This document shows, piece after piece, positions 56,483 through 64,000 of a stretch of 64,000 nt of DNA. The number at the start of each line of letters is the position of its first letter. Position 1 is the first letter of the stretch. A program made the position numbers and the translations under genes. Source of the stretch: an uncultured Nitrososphaerota archaeon (GTDB taxonomy: Archaea > Thermoproteota > Nitrososphaeria > Nitrososphaerales > Gagatemarchaeaceae); assembly GCA_963703285.1 (NCBI GenBank), contig OY969807.1, forward strand, positions 352,001 through 416,000, read 5' to 3'. The notes below the pieces were generated by a model, which did no database searches, was not told the DNA's origin, and saw nothing but the letters and a program-made list of their open reading frames with translations.

Positions 56483-57300
56483 CTCCCCGCACCCCTGGCT
56501 ACGGGTATCCCTTCGGCCGTGCCTCCGGTCTTGGACAGGTATGCGAGCCGCTCCGCGATTGCGGCTATCGAGGAGCCTAGCACTCTCTTGTTGTCGTACT
56601 CCCCGACCAGGGCGTTGAGCTTCGAAGGGTGCGCGCCCTTCAGTTCCTCGGCCATCGAGGTGAGGTTCGGGATTGCCCTGACGACGTTGTCCACGATTGT
56701 GACGGTCGCTCTTTGTGACGTCCGGGACAGCGGGTTGAGGTCCACGGCTATGGTCAGCTTGCCCATGCGCTGAAGCGCCTCTACCCTGTCTCCATCTTCC
56801 AGCGGGACGAGCACGACATCCGCCGCGAATATTCCCTCCGGGTCGACGATCCGCCTCATGCTGCTCAGCTCCGGTATGACAGCGCCGCGTTTCCTCCGAG
56901 GCCTTACACCGAGGACCTCTTTCGCGCCCGCCCGCCTAAGCACCGAGGCTATCGCCTTCAGGCGTCTCGGCGACCTGTAGAAGAGGTTCACCTCCAGTGC
57001 AGCTCCGGTGGCCCTCGAGAGCTTGACGAGCTCACCCGGCACCAGCGCCGCGGCGTTGCCGTTGACGGATATCACGGGCCTCTTGGCTAGAAGCAGATAT
57101 GCGGCGGCAGCTCGGGTCGCCTCCAGCGCCTGAGCCGTCGTCTCCTCGCCCAGCAGGTAGTCGAAGGCTTCCCCCCTCCCTTGAGCGATCAGGCCGGCGT
57201 CAGCTACGACCCCGAGCTTCCAGTGGTGGATGAGCTGCTCTCGCTTGCGCAGGGACTCTGCCCTCGGGTGGTCTGGGGGTATCTCGAGGCGCATCGTCAT
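56479..57300 (-). CDS. Phosphopantothenate synthetase (archaeal)
   Basis: IPPDHPRAESL, GRGEAFDYLLGE, SVNGN, VPLEDGDR, DLNPLSRT. Confidence 0.93.
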   Translation of the reverse strand: MTMRLEIPPDHPRAESLRKREQLIHHWKLGVVADAGLIAQGRGEAFDYLLGEETTAQALEATRAAAAYLLLAKRPVISVNGNAAALVPGELVKLSRATGAALEVNLFYRSPRRLKAIASVLRRAGAKEVLGVRPRRKRGAVIPELSSMRRIVDPEGIFAADVVLVPLEDGDRVEALQRMGKLTIAVDLNPLSRTSQRATVTIVDNVVRAIPNLTSMAEELKGAHPSKLNALVGEYDNKRVLGSSIAAIAERLAYLSKTGGTAEGIPVARGAGR

Positions 57301-58190
57301 GCGGCCAGCCTTGCGCTCTCCGTCTCTACAGAAGACACGATGACCTGGCCGTCTTTCCATTCCTTGATCATCAGCCGAGCAAGCTCCGTGGTCTCGTTCT
57401 CCCTCACGATGGTGAAGAGGGTGTGACCGAACATCGCCATCCCGAGCAGGTAGCCGTGCGACCTCGCGTTGTCCATGACGCGGAGATACTGTTCACCGAG
57501 GCCCAGCCGCATGCTAAAGTCGTGGGCGAGGCTGAGGAACGTCTTGAGGTCCCTCTTCCTGCATATCTCGTCGGAATACGCGCCACCCATGTCGTTGATC
57601 CTCTTCCTGTAGTCAGGATTGGAAAGGAACTCGCTCGTGAGCATCGGGCCATTGTGGAGGGCCACGACCGTGTGCTTTCCGGACAGCGGTATCTGGAAGA
57701 CCGTGCCGACGCCGGGGGCTCCCTCCTTCTCCCTGACCTCGAGGCCACCGCAGAATTGTCCGAGGACTGTGCCCAGTCCCGTCTTGAGCTCCACCTCGGC
57801 GGAGTGCGCCAACTGATACACTTCGAGGCTCGTGAGCCCCAGACCGAGCGCCTCCAATCCTGCCATCGCCGCGCTTATCGCGCCGGCGCCGCTGGTGCCG
57901 AATCCGCTCCCGACAGGTACCGGAATTACGTGGCGGACCACCAGACCATGCCGGCCCCCGGCGAGCGCGAGCAACCTCTCCGCCACTCTCTTCGACACTC
58001 TGGCGTCGACTTCGTGGCCGTTGATCAGTGTTCGTATGCCTGGCTCGGAGACCGTCTCCACCTCCGTCTCGACCTCTTTCATGAGGTTCACACCAGCGCC
58101 CCTAGACCCCCTCCTGAGTGGGTCAGAGGCCGAGTCCCTGATCTCGAAGAACCCGGTGATGTGAGTGGGACATAGAGAGGCCGCTTTCAA
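57297..58190 (-). CDS. Pantoate kinase (GHMP family)
   Basis: PTHITGFF, GSRGAG, PVGSGFGTSGA, AH.AEV...TGLGTV; in an operon with PPS and panB. Confidence 0.92.
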   Translation of the reverse strand: MKAASLCPTHITGFFEIRDSASDPLRRGSRGAGVNLMKEVETEVETVSEPGIRTLINGHEVDARVSKRVAERLLALAGGRHGLVVRHVIPVPVGSGFGTSGAGAISAAMAGLEALGLGLTSLEVYQLAHSAEVELKTGLGTVLGQFCGGLEVREKEGAPGVGTVFQIPLSGKHTVVALHNGPMLTSEFLSNPDYRKRINDMGGAYSDEICRKRDLKTFLSLAHDFSMRLGLGEQYLRVMDNARSHGYLLGMAMFGHTLFTIVRENETTELARLMIKEWKDGQVIVSSVETESARLAA

Positions 58191-58375
58191 GAGAGATATG
58201 AGGGTCGCCGTCGACTAAATTAATATATCCTCTAGATACTCTATATATCTATAGACATTCTGAGCGTGAATCGGTCGGAGAACGGCGATTTTTCGGGGGA
58301 CACCTCTCGACCTCCTCTGCTCGTCCGCAAAGACGAGGTCCGACTTTCCCGCCGGAGGGGCCATCGCCTCGGCCC

Positions 58376-59413
58376 TTAGAGGACCAGGAGCTCTTTGGTG
58401 TAGGTGTAGAGGTCCTTAGCGCTCGCACCGATCGACAGCGTGTCCTCTATGCGCACTCCGAACTCTCCGGGGATATAGACGCCGGGCTCGATGGTCACAA
58501 CGTCCCCCTCCTTTAGCCGGTCCTTGCTCGTGCGGCCCAGTGAAGGCGACTCGTGGACGTCGATCCCCACGCCGTGACCGGTCCCATGCGTGAAGAACTT
58601 TCCGAGCTTCCTCTCGGTGAGGACCGCCGCGACGGCTTCGTGGACTGACCTTCCAGATGCCCCCCTCGCAGCGAGCGCGACCCCCTTGAGCTGGGCCTCG
58701 AGGACAGCCTGGTAGGAATCCCTTCGGTCCTGGGCGACCCTGCCTATGGCGTAGGTCCTCGTGCAGTCCGAGCAGTAGCCCTCGTAGCGGAAGAAGATGT
58801 CGGCGACCACCAGGTCGCCCCGCCTTAGCTTCCTGTCGGTGAGGACGGCGTGGGGGAAGGCCCCGTTCTCCCCTGAGGCGATGATCACCGGATCGAGCGA
58901 GCCCTCTGCCGGCAGGGGCGTGAGCTCCTCCTCGGTCGCCAGCTTCATCACGCCGGCCGCGACCTGCCACTCGGTCATCCCTGCCCTCATCGACTTCTCC
59001 AGCATCTCGTAGACCTTCTCAATCTTCCTGCTGGCGCGCCCGATCCTCGCCAGCTCCTCGTCGTCCTTCTTCCTCCTGACCCCCAGGAACAGCTCGGCGT
59101 CGACCGTCGACTTCCCCAGATTGGTCTCGAACTCGTCGGTCACAATCCTTCCCCTCGCCATCCTGCGCGCGGCGTCGAACTGTTGCGACCTGGCGCTGGT
59201 GGGTACGACCTCGACCTCCTTGCCGCTCTGGGTCGCCCGTCTCTCCTCCATGAAGGAGGTGAGCAGGACGGTCCTGTCCTCCCTGACCACCCCTATCCCG
59301 CCTCCCCAGAAGTCGGTGAGATAGAACAGATTCTTCGGGTTCGTCACCACCACACTGTCGAAACCCTTGGCCGCTGACAGCAGCCTCCTCCTCCTTCGAG
59401 CGAACGCGTTCAA
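58376..59413 (-). CDS. Xaa-Pro aminopeptidase (M24)
   Basis: GYCSDCTRT, FTHGTGHGVGIDVHE.P, VTIEPGVY, GVRIED; TTG 59413 after a TATA-like element. Confidence 0.92.
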   Translation of the reverse strand: MNAFARRRRRLLSAAKGFDSVVVTNPKNLFYLTDFWGGGIGVVREDRTVLLTSFMEERRATQSGKEVEVVPTSARSQQFDAARRMARGRIVTDEFETNLGKSTVDAELFLGVRRKKDDEELARIGRASRKIEKVYEMLEKSMRAGMTEWQVAAGVMKLATEEELTPLPAEGSLDPVIIASGENGAFPHAVLTDRKLRRGDLVVADIFFRYEGYCSDCTRTYAIGRVAQDRRDSYQAVLEAQLKGVALAARGASGRSVHEAVAAVLTERKLGKFFTHGTGHGVGIDVHESPSLGRTSKDRLKEGDVVTIEPGVYIPGEFGVRIEDTLSIGASAKDLYTYTKELLVL

Positions 59414-59480
59414 GGACGGCAGCTTGCCGACTGCGGCGTATAATGGTGTTTGGGGCCGGAGCTCCCTGCGCGCCCGCTTC

Positions 59481-61409
59481 TCAGCTTCCTGCGGCCGGGG
59501 ACTCGGGAACCTGCCTCGAGCCGCAGTTGGCGCAGAACGCCGCGTCGGGTTCGACGGGGGCACCGCAGTTCCCGCAGAACCCAGGGGCCGGCTGCTGCTC
59601 GCCCTTCTCCTGCGGGACCGCGGGCTCGGGCCTCCTCCTCGCCGCCACGAGGACGACCGCGACTATCACGACCACCAGCACGCCGGCACCCGCGTAGGCC
59701 AGGAGGGCGAGGATGGAGGAATGGTGCGGGGTCGCCGAGGCGACGAGCGAGGCCAGCGAGGCGTTGAAGTCGTTGGTCAGGATCCCATAGTTCGGCGTGC
59801 CTGACTGGGCTATGGCGCTGCCGTTCCCGTAGCTGACGATTATGTTGTAGGCGGCCTCCGCCGAGTCGTCTCCGAACGTGTACAGGGACGGGAAGGGCAC
59901 GAGGGTGTGGCCCTGATAGAACAGCGCCAGGTTCGCGTCGAGCTTGTACGTCGCGGCCTGTCCTCCAGCGGCCCCGCCGAAGACCAGCTCCGCGTCATAG
60001 AACATCCCGTTGATCGACGAGGCTCCGGCTGGCGTGTAGGACATGCCGTCGACGACGAGGGCCGCGGCAGCCACGTTGGGATCGTGAATCGTTATCCTGT
60101 CGTACCAGGTGATCTCTTTGGGAGCGGGCCCGTCGAGCGCGCGGACCCCCATCGAGATGAGGACGCCCACGCCCTGCTCGACCGTCTCGTTCGTGTAGAG
60201 CACCCAGGACTGCGGTAGCGCGTACACGGAGGTGTAGTCAGAGCCGTTGTTGCCGTAGTATGACTGGATGACGCCGACGTTGTCGTCAAGCGAGGTCGTC
60301 CCCGCACCAGTGATCGACTGGTTCGTGAGTTGCGCCCCATCCCCCGTGATGTTGAGGACGTTGTCCCTGTAGGTCACGGTCGCCGCTCCGGTGTCGAAAG
60401 CGAGGACATTCTGCGGCCAGTAGGTGAAGCTCGAGCCGTCGGTATCGTTTACCTCTAGGACGGTGTTCTCCTGCAGCGAACACTGGTGCGACCCGGACTC
60501 GTTGTCCGTCGCCTGCAGCTCGCTCACCTGTGCGAACCCCACTATGGCGGTCGATTCGACCTCGTAGGGGACGACCGTTCCCGAGTCGTTGTAGATGCCG
60601 TAGGCAGCTATCCCGGTCGGGCTCGGCGGCCCGAAGGCGAAGAGGTATGGATTCACGTTCGTCGGCGTGATGGTATAACTGAAGTAGACGTACGCGGGAT
60701 CCGAACTCTCGTCTGTGATCCCCATGACGTACAACCCTGGCTTGAGGGTCACGTTGTAACCGACGCTGACGGTCGGAGTGACGGTGAAGTTGGTTATGGT
60801 GACGTCGGGAGACCTGAAGACCATCTCTCCCGTCGACTTGTCGAGGAGCGCGTACTGGACCACTCGGGTCGAGGCTCCGACTATGTCGACCTGAGAGCTC
60901 GAACCCAGCGTCTCGACGTGGAGGGGCAGAGCAAACACTTCTCCCGGGTCTATCGTGACCAGCTCGCCCACGCTCGTGGTTGAGTTCCTGAGGTTCACGT
61001 TCGGGTTGACGACGTAGAGCGCCGTGACGTTGGCTGCGCCGGCGTAGGCGTACTCCACGAGGTAGTACGTCCCCGGTCCCTCCAGGACCGCGTCGTACAG
61101 CCCGTCGCCCGCTTGGTAGAAGATGGAGTTCGCGATGGCGCTCGGCTGGGTGAACCCGTCGAGCTCCTGCTGGTCCATGAACGCGGTGTAGATGCTGACG
61201 TTGCTCTTCGTGGCGTATCCGATTATGGAGGGCGATTGTATCGTTATCGCGGTGGAGTTGTAGTAGCCGGCCCGGAGGGAGTTCGTGTACTCCTGCTCGT
61301 ATTCGCCGGTCCCGGTCTGAGCTCGCGCCGGGGAGAACGGCTGCGAGACCATCAAGACGGGAAGCAAGAGCAGGACTACCATGAGTGCCGCGCTCAGGCC
61401 CTTCGCCAT
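59481..61409 (-). CDS. Thermopsin-like (A5) acid protease, membrane-anchored, with a C-terminal double zinc ribbon
   Basis: Signal peptide; PTGIAAYG, SLQENTVL, YWPQNV, YDAELVFGG; TM; CGNCG...FCANCG. Confidence 0.82.
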   Translation of the reverse strand: MAKGLSAALMVVLLLLPVLMVSQPFSPARAQTGTGEYEQEYTNSLRAGYYNSTAITIQSPSIIGYATKSNVSIYTAFMDQQELDGFTQPSAIANSIFYQAGDGLYDAVLEGPGTYYLVEYAYAGAANVTALYVVNPNVNLRNSTTSVGELVTIDPGEVFALPLHVETLGSSSQVDIVGASTRVVQYALLDKSTGEMVFRSPDVTITNFTVTPTVSVGYNVTLKPGLYVMGITDESSDPAYVYFSYTITPTNVNPYLFAFGPPSPTGIAAYGIYNDSGTVVPYEVESTAIVGFAQVSELQATDNESGSHQCSLQENTVLEVNDTDGSSFTYWPQNVLAFDTGAATVTYRDNVLNITGDGAQLTNQSITGAGTTSLDDNVGVIQSYYGNNGSDYTSVYALPQSWVLYTNETVEQGVGVLISMGVRALDGPAPKEITWYDRITIHDPNVAAAALVVDGMSYTPAGASSINGMFYDAELVFGGAAGGQAATYKLDANLALFYQGHTLVPFPSLYTFGDDSAEAAYNIIVSYGNGSAIAQSGTPNYGILTNDFNASLASLVASATPHHSSILALLAYAGAGVLVVVIVAVVLVAARRRPEPAVPQEKGEQQPAPGFCGNCGAPVEPDAAFCANCGSRQVPESPAAGS

Positions 61410-61568
61410 GCCGGCGACGTCGCACCTGATTTGTATTAAAGAGCGAGGCTGTCACCTCCCCCTCGCGTGGCACGTCGCGCGTCTTTTCGCAGGGCCTTGG
61501 TAGCCGGGCGGAGCGGGAGGTCCGCGTCTCAAAAACAATAAATAACGTCTGATTTGAAAATTCGCACG

Positions 61569-61979
61569 ATGTCGTCCCCGAAACACTTCAGGAAGGACGA
61601 AGTCGACGGAAAGGTCGTCATTGAGACGACGGGAAAGGCATTCGGAAAGGCCAAGGACATCGCCTTCGGTCTGGACGGGACCGTTGCTCTCATCGTGCTT
61701 ACAGACGACAACACGGAGGTCGAGGTGACCATGGACAAGGTCATGGGCGTCGCAGACTACATCGTGATAAGGAAGGACACCCCGCTGCCGAAGGCTTCGC
61801 CCCCGCCCCCGTCACCGTCCCCGGTGGCGGTCCCCGCACCGGCCCCCGTCTCCATCCCCCCGCCCGTCATGGTGGCGCCGCCAGCCCCAGTACCGATGGC
61901 CCCGAGCGTCTGCAGGAACTGCGGGGCAGCCCTCAAGCAGGGAGCGAAGTTCTGCACCAGATGCGGCAGTCCTGTGTGA
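61569..61979 (+). CDS. PRC-barrel protein with Pro-rich linker and zinc ribbon
   Basis: GKVVIETTGKAFGKAKDI, V.GVADYIVI; CRNCG...FCTRCG. Confidence 0.8.
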   Translation: MSSPKHFRKDEVDGKVVIETTGKAFGKAKDIAFGLDGTVALIVLTDDNTEVEVTMDKVMGVADYIVIRKDTPLPKASPPPPSPSPVAVPAPAPVSIPPPVMVAPPAPVPMAPSVCRNCGAALKQGAKFCTRCGSPV

Positions 61980-62132
61980 CGCAGGCGCGCAGGCCGGCGC
62001 GGTCTCTCCTCAATCCCACGACGACCGGGAATCCTCGATGACGGTCGCGTCTTGGCACCGCGTTTTCGCTGGCGCGATTTATACGCTTATATCGCATAAT
62101 CTTCCTGCAACGTGACACCGGAGCCTCTGGGA

Positions 62133-64000
62133 ATGGGTTATATTCGAAGGCTGGAAGTCAAGGGCTTCAAGTCATTTGGTCCGAAGACCCTTGTCATCAG
62201 CTTCGAGCAGGGCCTCAACGTCGTCACGGGGCCCAACGGGTCCGGCAAGTCCAACATCGCCGACGCGATACTCTTCGCGCTCGGCGAGAACTCTCCCCGG
62301 GTGCTCCGCGCCGCCCAGGGGCGGCTCTCGGGCCTGATATACGACCCCAAGAAGGAGAGCCAGGAGACCTCCTACTCCGAGGAGCGTCCGACGAGCTGCC
62401 GGGCCACCATCCAGTTTGACAACGTCGACCGCAGGATTCCCGTGGACACGGACCTCGTGACCGTATCCAGGGAGCTGCGGAACAACGGCGAGAACATCTA
62501 CTTCCTCAACGGCAAGAGGACCACCAAGGGCGAGATCTCGGACCTGCTGGAGGTCTCGGGGCTCTCGCCGAGCGGTCTGAACATCATTCCGCAGGGCGCG
62601 GCGACCAGGGTCGCCGACCAGACCCCCGACGAGAAGAGGAGGATGATCGAGGAGGTCGTCGGCATATCGCGATTCGACGAGAAGAAGGCAGAGGCGCAGA
62701 AGCAGCTGTACCAGGCAGACACGAAGCTCCAGATAGAGCTCGCGAGGACGGGCGAGATGAAATCGCAGCTGGAGAGGCTCGAGGAGCAGAGGAACGACCT
62801 GATCCGCTACTCCCAGCTCGAGACGCAGGTCGCGTGGCTGACGGCCGTCCAGACGTCCCGCAGGATCCTCGAGCTCAGGGAGAGGCTCGGATCGACGAAG
62901 AGGCAGGAGGACGAGATGCTGCTCAAGCTCGAGGAGGTGAGGAAGAGGAGGGAAGGCTTCGAGTCGAGGATTCTTTCGGTCGGCGCGGAGCGGGAGAAGT
63001 TCATAACCGAGGTGGTCCAGGGCGGCGGCGAAGGCCCCACCCTCCTCAGGGACGAGAGGGAGTCCACCAAGCTGAAGCTGGAGCAACTCACCGCGGAGAT
63101 GCAGAAGAGGGAGGAGAGCATCCGCCGCCTCGAGGCCGAATCCGTGCCCACGCTCAGGACGCTGCTCAACGAGAAGAAGAAGACCATCACGGCTTCGACG
63201 TCTGCGGTCGAGTCGCTGGCCTCCTCCGAGGAGAAGCTCGAGGCGAGGAGGAAGGAGGTCGCGGACCAGCTCGATGAGGTGAGGGATGCAGAGGAGGTCC
63301 TCAGGGCGACCATCGAGAAGAGGAGGAAGCAGGTCGAGAGGATAGCGGAGAAGACGGCCGAGCTGAACCTGGACCTCTCGCCCCTCGAGTCGGAGGCGAA
63401 CGTGGTGAACGCGAACCTCGGCGTGGAGAAGAAGAGGCTCGAGGAGCTGGACTCGAAGATGAAGAGCTTCGGCGAGCTACTCGAGAGGCTGGAGTTGGGC
63501 GCGAAGCAGCTCTTCGAAGTTCAGGGCAGGACCGCGCAGGAGCTCGGCGAGATCGACCAGGACCTGTCCGAGCTCGAGAAGCGGCGTGGCGAGATCAGCA
63601 GGCACATCGAAGCGGCCGGCAGGGTGCTCGAGAAAGCCGCGGGAGAGGTATCGCTCACCACCGTCAAGAAGGAGCTCACCGACGAAATATCCGGGGACAG
63701 GGTCGGACACTCCCGTCTCAGGAAGCTCTGCGAGGAAGGGGGCATCGCCGGGTACGTCGGAGTTCTCAGCCAGCTAGTCGCCTACCCATCGCAGTACTCC
63801 AGGGCGTGTTCAGCCGTGATGGACAGGTGGATGAACGCCTTCGTCGTCGAGGACGTCCGAGCGATGACGGCGGTCATCAGGGCGGGGAAGAGGCTGAACG
63901 TCAAGTCCTTCGCCGTGGTGCCGCTCTCGGTCGTCGCCTCGACGCCCGAGATAGACGTCGAACCTTCGGCCGGGGTTGTCGGCCCGCTCTCCGGGGTGCT
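62133..64000 (+). CDS. smc: Chromosome segregation protein SMC (3' truncated by window edge)
   Basis: MGYIRRLEVKGFKSFG, TGPNGSGKSNI.DA, NIIPQG, long coiled coil leading into the hinge; missing from the ORF track because there is no stop in the window. Confidence 0.95.
   Translation, partial: MGYIRRLEVKGFKSFGPKTLVISFEQGLNVVTGPNGSGKSNIADAILFALGENSPRVLRAAQGRLSGLIYDPKKESQETSYSEERPTSCRATIQFDNVDRRIPVDTDLVTVSRELRNNGENIYFLNGKRTTKGEISDLLEVSGLSPSGLNIIPQGAATRVADQTPDEKRRMIEEVVGISRFDEKKAEAQKQLYQADTKLQIELARTGEMKSQLERLEEQRNDLIRYSQLETQVAWLTAVQTSRRILELRERLGSTKRQEDEMLLKLEEVRKRREGFESRILSVGAEREKFITEVVQGGGEGPTLLRDERESTKLKLEQLTAEMQKREESIRRLEAESVPTLRTLLNEKKKTITASTSAVESLASSEEKLEARRKEVADQLDEVRDAEEVLRATIEKRRKQVERIAEKTAELNLDLSPLESEANVVNANLGVEKKRLEELDSKMKSFGELLERLELGAKQLFEVQGRTAQELGEIDQDLSELEKRRGEISRHIEAAGRVLEKAAGEVSLTTVKKELTDEISGDRVGHSRLRKLCEEGGIAGYVGVLSQLVAYPSQYSRACSAVMDRWMNAFVVEDVRAMTAVIRAGKRLNVKSFAVVPLSVVASTPEIDVEPSAGVVGPLSGV

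Noticed and set aside
1-64000. CRISPR array, cas genes, tRNA or rRNA
   Set aside because: No regularly spaced repeats, cas motifs or recognisable structural RNA genes were seen by eye; a tRNAscan/Infernal run would be needed to exclude them formally.

Overview
A GC-rich archaeal chromosome segment. RadA, archaeal MAT, the pantoate kinase/phosphopantothenate synthetase route, LSm, RIO2, SMC, thermopsin and TATA-box promoters fit a Thermoproteota/basal Nitrososphaerota-like, probably acidophilic heterotroph (inference). It carries housekeeping genes (AsnRS-like synthetase, radA, pyrF, uppS, pyrG, CoA biosynthesis, smc). It also carries a ~18 kb fatty-acid/acyl-CoA degradation cluster (CoA ligases, thiolases with DUF35 partners, acyl-CoA dehydrogenase, ETF, membrane Fe-S oxidoreductase, MenA-like prenyltransferase), ZIP and ABC metal transporters, and a thiamine-related locus. 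Mobile DNA includes an IS481-like element with a 15-bp target duplication and a ~5 kb lower-GC decayed island. The most striking signal is apparent gene-tail replacement. uppS ends in a synonymously recoded AT-rich tail, while a host-codon copy of the same tail lies orphaned ~150 bp downstream beyond a decayed ORF. A thiolase likewise ends in an AT-rich tail that overlaps an intact, free-standing, convergent LAGLIDADG endonuclease. Other notable items are a Tat-signal ThDP enzyme, an eL22-like protein, an EMC6-like protein, a shared TGTTAA operator candidate at two metal-uptake loci, several genes that appear to need ACG/CTG/ATA-type starts, and a structured non-coding stretch in the island. 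No CRISPR array, rRNA or tRNA was recognised. All family calls are from motif recognition by eye, not database searches.
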